Shown piece after piece: positions 28,666-38,900 of a stretch of 64,000 nt of DNA. Source of the DNA: Acidobacteriota bacterium (lineage in GTDB: Bacteria > Acidobacteriota > UBA890 > WLXD01); contig CAXWPH010000008.1 in the NCBI GenBank assembly GCA_963666055.2, positions 1-64,000 of the forward strand, in the 5' to 3' direction. The notes below the pieces were generated by a model, which worked only from the letters and a program-made list of their open reading frames with translations, was not told the DNA's origin and did no database searches. Numbering within the stretch: the first letter of the stretch is position 1; each line of letters starts with the position of its first letter. A program made the position numbers and the translations under genes.

Positions 28666-31344
28666 ATGGAACCCGGCACCAAACTAGGCCATTTCGAGAT
28701 CATCAAGCCGCTCGGTGCAGGCAATATGGGTGAGGTGTATCGGGCGCGGGATACGAAGCTCGAACGTGACGTTGCGATTAAGGTGCTGCCCCAGGACCTA
28801 GCGGGTGATCCGGAACGTCTGGGCCGGCTGGAGCGCGAGGCAAAACTGCTCGCCGCGCTTAACCATCCGCACATCGCGACGATCTACAGCCTCGACGAGG
28901 CGGAGGGGGCACGCTTTCTCGTACTGGAGCTGATCAGAGGCGACTCCTTGGAGCTGCAGCTAGCCCAGGGGCCGCTACCAGTCGAGAAAGCGCTGGAGGT
29001 TTGCAAGCAAATCGCCGAGGCGCTGGAGGCGGCGCATGCAGCAGCCATCATCCACCGAGATCTCAAGCCGGCCAACGTGCTGATCACGCCCGACGGGAAG
29101 GCCAAGGTCCTCGACTTCGGTATTGCCAAGAGCGTGGAGGTCAGCGCCGACCTCACCGCGACGGCGAAAGAAACGGATCTGACCGTCGCGGGAACGCTCG
29201 TCGGGACTCCGTCTTACATGAGTCCCGAGCAAGTCCGCGGTGAGGCGATCGACAAACGGGCCGACATTTGGGCGTTCGGCTGCCTGCTGTTCGAGACACT
29301 CACGGGCAGAAGCGCTTTCGGAAGGGAGACGCTCGCTGACACGCTCGCTGCCATAGTCGACCATGAACCAGACTGGGGGCGCCTGCCCGAGGGCGCACCG
29401 CTTGTTCCCCGAGCTTTGCTTCGCCGCTGCCTGCGCAAGGAGCCGAGTCGTCGCCTCCACGACATTGCCGACGCCAGGATCGAGATCGCGGACGCGCTCA
29501 GTGGGGACAGAGACGCTATATCCGCGATCCTGGCTGCCCCCGCAGTCGCGGAAATAACTCGCGGCATCCCCTGGAAGCTGGCAACCCCAATAGCCGTGGT
29601 CATCGCCCTTCTGGCAGCGTTCGTAGTCTGGACTACGACCCCGTCGCCGCCCGAGTCAGTCATCACCCGCTTCTACATCGACTATCCACCAGAGACTACC
29701 TTCCAGGCCGATTCCACCCTGGGCGTTGCGATCTCACCCAATGGCAAGTCGGTGGTATTCAACGCTAATCGGCAGCTTTGGCTCCGAGCGATTGACGATC
29801 TGGTAGCCACACCCATCCGTGGCACGGAGGGAGCCAGAGTGCCGTTCTTTTCCCCCGATAGCCAACAGCTCGGCTTTTGGGGAGGCGACGGTCAGATGAA
29901 GAGCGTTTCGATCACCACCGGCCGTGCGGCGGTCTCGCTGGGGTCAGCGCCAGAGTTGGCCTACGGGGCGAGTTGGGCAGATGACGGCTACATCTACTTC
30001 GGGCAGGGTTCAGGAGGGATCTTGCGTGTCTCGGCCAACGGCGGTGAGCCAGAGCTAGTCGCTGAAATGGAAGAAGGAGAGCAGGCCTACGGCCCCCAAC
30101 TTTTTCCCGGTGGCGAGTGGTTGCTGTTTACGCTGTTGAGCGGGTCCAGTTCGTGGAACGATGCGAGCATTGTTGCGCAGCCGGTCTCCGGTGGCGAGCG
30201 CAAGCTGCTGGTGGCCGGAGGGACCGATGGCCGCTACGTGCCCACCGGCCACATCGTCTATTCCCTCGAACGGAACCTTCTCGCGGTGCCCTTCGATCTT
30301 GACAGCTTAGAGGTTACCGGAGGATCGGTGTCCATCGTCGAGGGGGTCCAACAATCGGCCGCCCCCCGCACGGGAGCAAGCCAGTACGGGTTTTCGGATC
30401 GCGGTGGGTTGGTCTACATGCCGGGTGGGGGCTTTTCGGCCACTTCCCAACTCGCCTGGGTGGATCGTGATGGCCGAGTCGAGCCGCTGCCCTTTGAGCC
30501 ACGTCCGTCTGGGTTCTTCGACCTGTCGCCGGATGACCAGCGCATCGCGCTCGGAATCCGAGGAGATGATGGGGACTGGCACATCTGGATCTACGAGATC
30601 GAACGAGGAGGTAGCCAGGTACGGCTGACCACGGAGGGCAACAACGAAGTGCCCGTTTGGTCGCCCGATGGAGAGTGGGTCTTCTTCAGGTCGGATCGGG
30701 GTGGCAACCACGACATCTGGAAGCGCCGGGCTGACCGTAGTCTCGAAGCCGAACTGGTGTTGGATACAGAGGCTGACGTGTTGCCGATATCGATCTCGGA
30801 CGACGGTGAGATGCTGCTGTTTGTGAGCGGGCTCCTCCCGAATTTCGACGTGGGGATACTGGCTCTCGATACAGGTGATACGGAAATGCTCGTCGATACC
30901 GCCGCCTTTGAGTCGCTGCCCAGCTTCTCGCCGGACGGTCGCTTCTTCGCCTTTAATTCGGACGAGACCGGGCAACCTGAGGTGTACGTGCGGGAGGTAT
31001 CGAGCGGTCGAACATTTCTGGTCTCTACGAGTACCCGTGGTGGTTGGTTCCCTCGCTGGTCGCGGGATGGAAAGGAGATTTACTACCGCCCCTGGAACAG
31101 CCCCGGCATCCTCGTTGCGGAAGTGGATTTGGAGTCGTTTTCCGCATCCGACCCTGTTGAAGTCTCGGACATCGTCATGCGCGCCGCGTCCATCTTCGAT
31201 GTCACCGCCGACGGCCAGAAGTTCCTGGTGTTGGTGCCCGCTGGTACTGATGAGACTGGGGGCAGGGGATCCAGCACACGACTTAACGTCGTCCTCAACT
31301 GGTTCGAGGAGCTGAACCGGCTAGTGCCAACGGAAGGCTCCTGA
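28666..31344 (+). CDS. Ser/Thr protein kinase with TM and TolB/PD40 beta-propellers
   Basis: Hanks motifs (LGAGNMG, AIK, HRDLKPAN, DFG, SPE), a TM segment, SPDG repeats and a NWFEEL terminus. Confidence 0.95.
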   Translation: MEPGTKLGHFEIIKPLGAGNMGEVYRARDTKLERDVAIKVLPQDLAGDPERLGRLEREAKLLAALNHPHIATIYSLDEAEGARFLVLELIRGDSLELQLAQGPLPVEKALEVCKQIAEALEAAHAAAIIHRDLKPANVLITPDGKAKVLDFGIAKSVEVSADLTATAKETDLTVAGTLVGTPSYMSPEQVRGEAIDKRADIWAFGCLLFETLTGRSAFGRETLADTLAAIVDHEPDWGRLPEGAPLVPRALLRRCLRKEPSRRLHDIADARIEIADALSGDRDAISAILAAPAVAEITRGIPWKLATPIAVVIALLAAFVVWTTTPSPPESVITRFYIDYPPETTFQADSTLGVAISPNGKSVVFNANRQLWLRAIDDLVATPIRGTEGARVPFFSPDSQQLGFWGGDGQMKSVSITTGRAAVSLGSAPELAYGASWADDGYIYFGQGSGGILRVSANGGEPELVAEMEEGEQAYGPQLFPGGEWLLFTLLSGSSSWNDASIVAQPVSGGERKLLVAGGTDGRYVPTGHIVYSLERNLLAVPFDLDSLEVTGGSVSIVEGVQQSAAPRTGASQYGFSDRGGLVYMPGGGFSATSQLAWVDRDGRVEPLPFEPRPSGFFDLSPDDQRIALGIRGDDGDWHIWIYEIERGGSQVRLTTEGNNEVPVWSPDGEWVFFRSDRGGNHDIWKRRADRSLEAELVLDTEADVLPISISDDGEMLLFVSGLLPNFDVGILALDTGDTEMLVDTAAFESLPSFSPDGRFFAFNSDETGQPEVYVREVSSGRTFLVSTSTRGGWFPRWSRDGKEIYYRPWNSPGILVAEVDLESFSASDPVEVSDIVMRAASIFDVTADGQKFLVLVPAGTDETGGRGSSTRLNVVLNWFEELNRLVPTEGS

Positions 31345-34082
31345 TGATCGGCAAGACACTCGGTCATTACGAGATCCTCGCCCCGCTCGGTGAAGGCGGG
31401 ATGGGGCAGGTGTACCGAGCACGCGATACGACGCTGGATCGTGATGTCGCCATCAAGGTGCTGCCGGAGGACTTCGCCAGCGATGCCAACCGGCTGGCCC
31501 GCTTCGAGCGCGAAGCCAAGCTGCTCGCCTCGCTGAACCACCCCAACATCGCCACCATCCACGGCTTCGACGAGTCGGACGGCGTGCGCTTCATCGCCAT
31601 GGAGCTGGTCGAGGGCGACAGCCTCGCCGAGCGGATCATGACCTCCGGACGCATCGAGGTCGACGAGGCGCTGGAGATCGCCCGACAGATCGCTTTGGCG
31701 CTGGAAGCTGCTCACGAGGCTGGCGTGATCCATCGCGACCTGAAGCCGGCCAACGTCCAGATGACACGCCGCGGCACCGTCAAGGTGCTCGACTTCGGCA
31801 TTGCCAAGGTGCACGAGCCCGACGGATCGTCGGATCTGGGCGAATCGCCCACTGCGATCGAGTCGACGGGCATCAACGTGATCATGGGCACGGCTCCCTA
31901 CATGAGCCCGGAACAGGCTCGGGGCAAGCCGGTCGACAAACGCGCCGATATCTGGTCGTTCGGTTGTGTGCTCTACGAGATGCTGACTGGGACTGCGGCG
32001 TTCGGCGGCGAGACGGTCAGCGATGTCGTCGCGGCAATCATCGAGCGCGAGCCAGATTGGTCTTCCGTCCCCGACGGTGCGCCGTGGAGAGTTGTCGATC
32101 TACTGCGGCAATGCCTGCAAAAGAACCCTGATCGACGGGTCCACGACATAGCCGATGCGCGGATCAGCATCGTCAACGCCATCGCCGACTCAGATGCGGG
32201 TATCGCGCCGTGGGCCGGTCACGGTGAGGCGGCGGATCCCTCCTGGCAACGTCACATCCCGACACCGATCGGAGTCGGCCTCGGCGTTGCCATGGCCGCG
32301 GTAACGGCACTTGTGGTTTGGACCCTGACGTACCAAGGCCGACAATCGCCCGCACCATCCATGCGCCTGGACGTGAACATAACTGAGGGCAGCTTCCGAA
32401 TGAGCAGTGCATCGAGCGTCGTTGTCTCGCCCGATGGCACGCGTCTCGCGTACGTCACCAGAGGTGCCGAAGACACCGAGCTACACGTCCAATCGCTGCT
32501 GCAGACCGACGACCGAATATTGGCTACCGGAGCCATCTACAACCCGTTCTTTTCTCCGGACGGTCAATGGGTAGGGTTCACGGATAACGGCGAACGGGAG
32601 CTGAGAAAGGTACCCGTCGGCGGAGGCTCTCCGGTGACGATTGCGTCGCTGGGACGGCGTGGCGGCCGATGTTCGGCCAGCTGGAGTACTGACGATTGGA
32701 TCTTCTATACGCCTGGGCTGCACAGTGCCCTGTTCCGTGTGCCGGCAGCCGGTGGGGATCCCGAGCGGTTGACCACCCTCGATGCCGCGCGAGGTGAGCT
32801 CACCCACCGTTTCCCGCACGCCCTACCGGGCAGCAATGCCGTGCTGTTCACCTCCCACACCGCGCTCACAGGGCTCGAGAACGGCAATATCGAGGTACTG
32901 GATCTGCAGACAGGGCAAAGGAAGGTACTGCTGCGCGGGGGCTTCGATGCTCGCTACGTACCCACCGGGCATTTGGTGTACGCCCGGCAGGGAGCGTTGC
33001 ACGCCGTACCTTTCGACCTGGGACGGCTAGAGGTCCAAGGCGCAGGCACACTCATCGTGCCATCGCTCCGTACAATCGACGCGCCGAGACGGTCAGGGCC
33101 ACCGTTCAGTTTCGCCCAAACGGGAGCGCTCTTTTATCTGGGCGAGGAGAGTGCCGCTCGACAGTATCCGGTCGTATGGGTCGATCGCCAGGGCAACGCA
33201 ACACCGCTGTGGGATGAACCCGGCCTCTATGGCGATCCAACTCTGTCGCCAGACGGCACACGCCTGGCCATCAGACTCATGCGCGACGACAACGTGGACG
33301 TGTGGATCTACGACATGGAACGGGATGTTCCGAGCCGGCTAACGTTTGCCGAAGCCATGGATGTTGTTCCTGTCTGGTCGCCGGACGGACAGTTTCTCGT
33401 CTTCGGCTCGGATCGGAGCGGGCCGCTGAATACGTATCGGATTCGCGCCGACGGCTCGGGACAGGCTGAGGTGCTGATTGAGAGCGAGCGGAACAACTGG
33501 CCGATGTCGTGGTCTGACGACGGCAGGTTCCTCGCCTATGGCACACCGAGTGAGGCTGACCTTGGCGCTGACGTTTGGGTGCTGCCGGTAAACGGCGACC
33601 GAGAACCGCACGCCCTCCTCAACACCAGCGCCGCCGAGCAGCGGGCCGACCTGTCGCCTAATGGTCGCTGGATTGCCTACGAATCCGATGAGTCAGGGGA
33701 AGTATGGGAAGTCTACGTGCGGCCATTCCCCGAAGGGCCCGGCAAGTGGCAGCTTTCAAGCACCGGAGGTGGCCAACCCAAATGGTCAGCCGATGGACGT
33801 GAGGTTTTCTACCTCAGCGAGACCGGGGTCATGGCGGTTGCGGTAGATACGGAGGGCGACTCTTTCAGCCATGGCCGAGCCGAGCAGCTCTTCGAGGGAA
33901 CCGCCATCGGTGGGTTTCTCGGAGCACCGCTCGGGGACGCCTACCTTCGCAGCTATGACGTCGCAGCCGACGGGCAGCGTTTCGTGATGCTCCCCAACCA
34001 AAGCAAGACGAGAAGCGGCAATGTGACGCTGGTCACTAACTGGTTCGACGAGCTGAAGCGGCTCGTGCCGACGGACCCGTAG
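31344..34082 (+). CDS. Ser/Thr protein kinase with TM and TolB/PD40 beta-propellers
   Basis: Same architecture as the upstream paralogue; TGATG coupling. Confidence 0.95.
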   Translation: MIGKTLGHYEILAPLGEGGMGQVYRARDTTLDRDVAIKVLPEDFASDANRLARFEREAKLLASLNHPNIATIHGFDESDGVRFIAMELVEGDSLAERIMTSGRIEVDEALEIARQIALALEAAHEAGVIHRDLKPANVQMTRRGTVKVLDFGIAKVHEPDGSSDLGESPTAIESTGINVIMGTAPYMSPEQARGKPVDKRADIWSFGCVLYEMLTGTAAFGGETVSDVVAAIIEREPDWSSVPDGAPWRVVDLLRQCLQKNPDRRVHDIADARISIVNAIADSDAGIAPWAGHGEAADPSWQRHIPTPIGVGLGVAMAAVTALVVWTLTYQGRQSPAPSMRLDVNITEGSFRMSSASSVVVSPDGTRLAYVTRGAEDTELHVQSLLQTDDRILATGAIYNPFFSPDGQWVGFTDNGERELRKVPVGGGSPVTIASLGRRGGRCSASWSTDDWIFYTPGLHSALFRVPAAGGDPERLTTLDAARGELTHRFPHALPGSNAVLFTSHTALTGLENGNIEVLDLQTGQRKVLLRGGFDARYVPTGHLVYARQGALHAVPFDLGRLEVQGAGTLIVPSLRTIDAPRRSGPPFSFAQTGALFYLGEESAARQYPVVWVDRQGNATPLWDEPGLYGDPTLSPDGTRLAIRLMRDDNVDVWIYDMERDVPSRLTFAEAMDVVPVWSPDGQFLVFGSDRSGPLNTYRIRADGSGQAEVLIESERNNWPMSWSDDGRFLAYGTPSEADLGADVWVLPVNGDREPHALLNTSAAEQRADLSPNGRWIAYESDESGEVWEVYVRPFPEGPGKWQLSSTGGGQPKWSADGREVFYLSETGVMAVAVDTEGDSFSHGRAEQLFEGTAIGGFLGAPLGDAYLRSYDVAADGQRFVMLPNQSKTRSGNVTLVTNWFDELKRLVPTDP

Positions 34083-34229
34083 CGGCGTCAGGCGCCCCTC
34101 GCGAGCCACCTAGCGCCCTTCGATTCCGTTCGTCCGCAATGCCGGGACACACCAGTCGAATGTCTGCTTTAAGAGGCGCCAGATTCGCCGCTACGGGCCG
34201 CCGACAGCCTCACCCGCACGTCGGGTTGC

Positions 34230-34400
34230 GTGTACGCCCGTGGATGTTAGACGGGCGCAGAGAGGGGGTGTCCCGAGGGGCCACTGGACCGCCTCAGTCG
34301 CCGGCGGGCGATAGCCCAGCAGGGAGCAGCTATGAGGCCGGACGTGTTTGTATTCCCTGCGCCACCGCTCGATCAAAACTTGGGCCTCGCGCCGGGAGGT
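34230..34400 (-). mobile_element. IS3-family transposase C-terminal remnant (mirror ~62100-62270)
   Basis: REAQVLIERWRREYKHVRPHS..LGYRPPA. Confidence 0.65.
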
Positions 34401-34476
34401 TTGAAGAATGAGCGAGCTCCTACCTTTCAGATCCAGAATCTTTGCACGCTCGCCACTCGTAGTACGCTCTGCACCG

Positions 34477-35025
34477 ATGGAGCAGAGCGACACCGGTGAG
34501 CTGGTCTCCCGCTGGGTGATCGTCGGCCTGAGCGTTTTTGTGTTCGTGGGGATAGCCGTGGTCCTCTTCGGCGGCCTGGGACAGGCGCCGCGGGCGCCGC
34601 GAGAGGTCGGCTCGTCGATCCTCCCGACGATGAATGCGCTCCTCAACGGGACGAGTGCGATCCTCCTCAGTGTCGGCTACGTCTGCATTCGACGGAGAAA
34701 GGTAACGGCCCACAAGACCTGCATGCTGACAGCCTTCGTGGCCTCCTCGCTCTTCCTCGTGTCCTATCTCCTCCACCACTACCAGGTGGGCTCCGTTCCA
34801 TTCTTGGGTCGCGGATGGCTACGGAGCATGTACTTCGCGCTGCTCATTCCCCATGTCGTGCTCGCCGCGTTCGTGGTTCCCCTGGCGCTTACCACGATCC
34901 ACCGGGGATGGAAGTCCCGCCTTGAGCAGCACGTGCGCATCGCGCGATGGACCCTCCCAATTTGGCTCTACGTGTCGGTGAGCGGGGTGCTCGTCTATTG
35001 GATGCTCTACCACCTCGAACTCTGA
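34477..35025 (+). CDS. DUF420 (YozB-like) membrane protein
   Basis: LPTMNALLNGTS, AHKTCM, SLFLVSYL and HVRIARWTLPIWLYVSVSG motifs; ORF open from 34408. Confidence 0.85.
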   Translation: MEQSDTGELVSRWVIVGLSVFVFVGIAVVLFGGLGQAPRAPREVGSSILPTMNALLNGTSAILLSVGYVCIRRRKVTAHKTCMLTAFVASSLFLVSYLLHHYQVGSVPFLGRGWLRSMYFALLIPHVVLAAFVVPLALTTIHRGWKSRLEQHVRIARWTLPIWLYVSVSGVLVYWMLYHLEL

Positions 35026-35102
35026 GGACTGAGCCAGTCGTAGAACGTCGCGCAGCTCGGTGAGAACGCGTTTCTGTGTCTTGCTGATGTTCGCGTGGTC
35101 GC

Positions 35103-35124
35103 CGGCGATAGGCTTCAGGCGCTC
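35103..35124 (+). repeat. Kinase-promoter remnant without kinase codons (mirror ~61375-61396)
   Basis: CGGCGATAGGCTTCAGGCGCTC identical to 39990-40011. Confidence 0.7.
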
Positions 35125-35188
35125 GAAGCGCCGTAGGCGACGGCGGGCGGGACGGCCGCAGATTGAACAGGGGCGCCACCGAAGCAAT

Positions 35189-36073
35189 CTACGGACTGCC
35201 TCGGCCGTGAGTGGTCGGCGAAATCCGGCCCGCCCAAGCAGCCCAGCTCCCGGCGAGGAGGCACGTCACCGCAGCGACGGCGATCAGGACGACGCCAACC
35301 GCACGAAGGCTGACCTCGAACCCGCCCCAAGAGGCAGATGCCAAGAACGATGTCGACCCCCAGAACACGAGCGTCGCTGCTCCACTAAACGCCACCGCGA
35401 CGCCCCGCCACAACAGCTTTGCCGGGCCTGACAGTTTCGCCATCGGCGGACGCGCCCGGCCTGTCGTCAGCCTTCGCAAATCGTCCAGATCCTCATGTAG
35501 GGCGTCAATTCGCGAGTGGATCTGCGAACTAAGCCGTTCCCATTCGTGGTGTAGCGTCCCAGCAAACATCTTGGGCCGGAGGATTTCCTGTTCCACGCGA
35601 GCGATTTCCTGGGCGACATCCGGGCCGGCGTGGACACGGGCGCGGGCTAGAAGTGTGTGGCCCTCCTCGATGTGCCGAGCCCGTCTCTTCCCGGCGTCCT
35701 GAATCTGCGGGAAGATCGCCACGAGTGCAGTCCCGTGCTTTATGGCTAGCTCTTTGAGTTGCTCGGCCGGGGTTTCGAGCCAACTGGCGTCCTGCCCGAG
35801 GAGTGATTCGAGCGTGTACTCGCCATGGGTCAGCTTAGACAATTGCTCGCTCAACCGGGAGTGTTCAAGGGCCGCGGCAGCAACATGCGTAGCATTCGCG
35901 GCGACCGCTTCGTACAACTCTGAGCGCGCCGCATACTGCAAGGAGAGGGCTTCGAGGTGCTTCTGATCTCGTGCTCCGCGAAGACCGACTATCGCCGCGA
36001 TTATCGCTGATGCCACGGCGGCGACCGCCGCGACAATCGCAGCGACAATCACAGCGACAAGCTCAGGTTGCAT
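35189..36073 (-). CDS. Hypothetical membrane protein (TM - helical - 2 TM)
   Basis: GGAGG RBS, 294 aa ORF, hydrophobic ends. Confidence 0.6.
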   Translation of the reverse strand: MQPELVAVIVAAIVAAVAAVASAIIAAIVGLRGARDQKHLEALSLQYAARSELYEAVAANATHVAAAALEHSRLSEQLSKLTHGEYTLESLLGQDASWLETPAEQLKELAIKHGTALVAIFPQIQDAGKRRARHIEEGHTLLARARVHAGPDVAQEIARVEQEILRPKMFAGTLHHEWERLSSQIHSRIDALHEDLDDLRRLTTGRARPPMAKLSGPAKLLWRGVAVAFSGAATLVFWGSTSFLASASWGGFEVSLRAVGVVLIAVAAVTCLLAGSWAAWAGRISPTTHGRGSP

Positions 36074-36571
36074 GCTCTCCTCCGTCGTTCTGCTTCCGGC
36101 CCAGAACGAAAGGGTAGCGTTTGCCTAGGCTGCGAGTACCGCCTTCGGCGCGAGCGGCGGGCTCTCGCTCCCCCACTATTCCTTGAAGCACGCAGCCGAA
36201 GGCGAAACAGGTTGGCTCTTATGATCGCTCTTGTCGGAGCCCTCGACCTGCTCAGGGGTCATGTACCTAGCCGATCGCGCCCTTGGAAGACAACCTGCAC
36301 GTCCCACTTGTCGAGTGCAACGTACCGGGGGCCAGCCCGCAGGCGGTTATCGCGGAGGTACGCTCCAGGGTTTGATGGACGCGACAACCTCCTGGGGGTT
36401 GTCGTGAAGCTCGTAGGTGGCGGTGTAGCGCGAGCAGAGACCCTCGCGGCCCCATAGCTCCTCAGGTACGCCGGTAGCCAGTCGACACGTCTCAACTCCG
36501 TAAACGGATGCCTGTCAACGAGAAACGGCGAAAGCCGTGCGCCATCAACAAGTTACAAAGAATCCGACACA

Positions 36572-36597
36572 GCGGGTTCAATTCCCGCCGCCTCCAC
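36572..36597 (+). other. tmRNA (ssrA)-like 3'-end fragment, att-site scar
   Basis: GCGGGTTCAATTCCCGCCGCCTCCAC is a T-arm + acceptor strand; no 5' part upstream. Confidence 0.65.
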
Positions 36598-36655
36598 TTC
36601 CAGGTTCCTGTCCGGCCGCTGTCGATCAAGTTGTCATCCCGCACGCGAAGATGCC

Positions 36656-37852
36656 TCACGGCAACGAAGCGTCCTCGGCGTCGGCCACGACCATGATCTC
36701 CACGAGCCCCGCCGGTACCACGAGCATCGCCTCGACGGTGGTGCGCGCGGGTCGCGGCATCGGCATCAAGTCGCGGTAAGTGTCGCTCATTTGGGTGAAG
36801 TAACGCGAGTCGGAGATGTAGACGAAGCTCTCCACGACGTCCTCGAGTCCCAGCCCGGCGGCAGCTAGCGTCGCCTGGATCTTCTCGATTGTGAGGCGCG
36901 TCTGCGCGACCATATCGCCCGGCGGGTAACCCTGGTCGTTCCAGCCGGTATAGCCCCGCACGAACAGGCGCCCGCCGGCGAGGATCGACGGCGAAAACGG
37001 CAGGCTGGAAGTCTCCTCGCCGACGACGCGGCGCGCCGCGTCGCGCACCGCCACTGCCTGGATCTCGATCAGTAAGTCCGGGTGCATTAGCCCCGCCTTC
37101 ATGGCGGCGCGCGCTGGCGGCTCGTCGGTGAACACCGAACGATACGCGGCGTTCATCTCCTGAAAGTGCCGTGTGTCACGCAGGTACACGCGGTTGGAGA
37201 CCACATCGGCGTAGCTCATCCCGGCTGCCCCCAGCACGTGGCCGATGTTGGCGAGCGTGCGCGCAGTCTGCTCACCGATGTGGCCAGGCACCAGCGTCCC
37301 CTGAGCCGGATCGTTGGACACGGCCCCGGCCACAAACAGCGTGTCCTCGGCTTGAATGCCGTAGCCGTAGCCGGGGCCCGAGGGGCGCCAGCCGGCGGGC
37401 GTGATGCGTCTGAGCTCCACGCCCTCGCGTACCGCCACCATCGACATCTCGATCAGCGCCTCGGGCACCGCCAGGTCCGTGCGCACCGTGGTGCGCGTGG
37501 GGGCGTTTTCCGGAAACACCTCGCGGAAAACACCGTTCATGGCTCCGTAGTGCCGGTCGTCGGCCAGATACACCGTCAGGCTCGCCACGCGCGACAGGTC
37601 CGAGCCGGCCGCCTGCAGCACGCGCTCCAGGTTGGCGAACGTCTGACGCGTCTGCGCCTCGATGCCGGCGGCAAATCCCTCGTCGGGGGCGCGGCCGAGC
37701 GCCCCGGTCGTGTAGAGGAAATCCCCCGTCCAGACCGCGTGGCTGAAGGGCAGGTCGGGGCTGGCTCCCGGAAGGGTGACGGTGCGCTTGTCACCGGATG
37801 CCGGTGCAAGTGCCAGAAGGGCGGCGAGGACAGGGGTAAGCGCAACTTTCAT
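36656..37852 (-). CDS. Exported RidA/YjgF-family protein with three tandem domains
   Basis: Three repeats of QTR..L / MN..YR..F..P(T/A)R / LIEI; signal peptide. Confidence 0.88.
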   Translation of the reverse strand: MKVALTPVLAALLALAPASGDKRTVTLPGASPDLPFSHAVWTGDFLYTTGALGRAPDEGFAAGIEAQTRQTFANLERVLQAAGSDLSRVASLTVYLADDRHYGAMNGVFREVFPENAPTRTTVRTDLAVPEALIEMSMVAVREGVELRRITPAGWRPSGPGYGYGIQAEDTLFVAGAVSNDPAQGTLVPGHIGEQTARTLANIGHVLGAAGMSYADVVSNRVYLRDTRHFQEMNAAYRSVFTDEPPARAAMKAGLMHPDLLIEIQAVAVRDAARRVVGEETSSLPFSPSILAGGRLFVRGYTGWNDQGYPPGDMVAQTRLTIEKIQATLAAAGLGLEDVVESFVYISDSRYFTQMSDTYRDLMPMPRPARTTVEAMLVVPAGLVEIMVVADAEDASLP

Positions 37853-38000
37853 GGGAACCTCGTCGTGCAGCAGTGGCCACGATGTCGCCGTCGGACCACC
37901 AAGTATAGGCGGCCGTAGTCGGCCACCGACGACGAGCGTTTTTAGTTCACCATCGGCCAGACGGAGATCGACATACGCGATCGAGCTGGGTTAGCGCTGA

Positions 38001-38045
38001 AACTGGTTCGACGAACTAAAGCGGCTCGTGCCGACGGACCCGTAG
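38001..38045 (+). pseudogene. Minimal orphan kinase 3' stub (mirror 58453-58497)
   Basis: NWFDELKRLVPTDP*, followed by ~60 nt similar to the 3' flank of 34082. Confidence 0.8.
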
Positions 38046-38131
38046 CGCCGCTTAGCCGAGTCTCGCGAGCCACCCAGCGACCTCCGATTCCGCTCGTCCG
38101 TGATGCCAGGAACAATTACCTAGGCTCCGCC

Positions 38132-38632
38132 CTATCCAAACTTCTTCCATGTGAGCTGGCTGGTGATGCGACCCTCAGCGTTCTTGATGGACAGCGTCAG
38201 CAGGTCGCCGTCGAACTCGTAATACCGCACCCAGCCCTCGCCCACCGATCGCGCCGATACGGGCGAGCCGATCAAGTGGTGGGTGACGGTGCCTTGCTCG
38301 ATGTCGATCTGGAACTTGCCGAAGTACGCAAAGCCACGTCGTACCCGTTCGTCGCCCGACGCTCGGTCGAGCTCTGGCAGGTCTTTCGGCATGCCGATTG
38401 CCGCCATGTTGCCGTGGGCGTCGTACATGATCCGAGCGATAACGTGCCGCGGAACGACCTCGCCGGGCGACGGAAACGACTCTAATTTTACGAGCTCGTA
38501 ATTGCCCACGAACATCTGCCGTACCGCTTCGACCGAGTCGGCTCCCTGGGTGGACGCCTCATCACTGACCGATGGCATGGGCACAACGAGCAGCACCACC
38601 AGCGTCAATACAATTCGCCCCATGAGTTTCAT
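38132..38632 (-). CDS. Lipocalin-like domain protein
   Basis: FVGNYELV, IMYDAHGNM, FAYFGKF and RYYEFDGDLLTLS motifs; signal peptide. Confidence 0.8.
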   Translation of the reverse strand: MKLMGRIVLTLVVLLVVPMPSVSDEASTQGADSVEAVRQMFVGNYELVKLESFPSPGEVVPRHVIARIMYDAHGNMAAIGMPKDLPELDRASGDERVRRGFAYFGKFQIDIEQGTVTHHLIGSPVSARSVGEGWVRYYEFDGDLLTLSIKNAEGRITSQLTWKKFG

Positions 38633-38900
38633 CGCGGCACTCCTCACACAATGGGCAGCGGGGCCCGTGTCTGTCACCGTAGGATGCCGCTGATGCTAGG
38701 CCAAACCGGGGATCGACACGAGGAAGGGGCGCAGCATCAGGCACAACCGGCAGTCGAGAGTCTGCTCCGTCATGTACAGCGGGATGGCACCTTCTGCCCC
38801 CTACCCAACCCACAGCTTCGACTAGGATGATCGTTCAGCTTCCTCCACCGCTCGCGAATAAATCACTGACCCAACGGCGGGGACTCCTACGACCCCGTTA

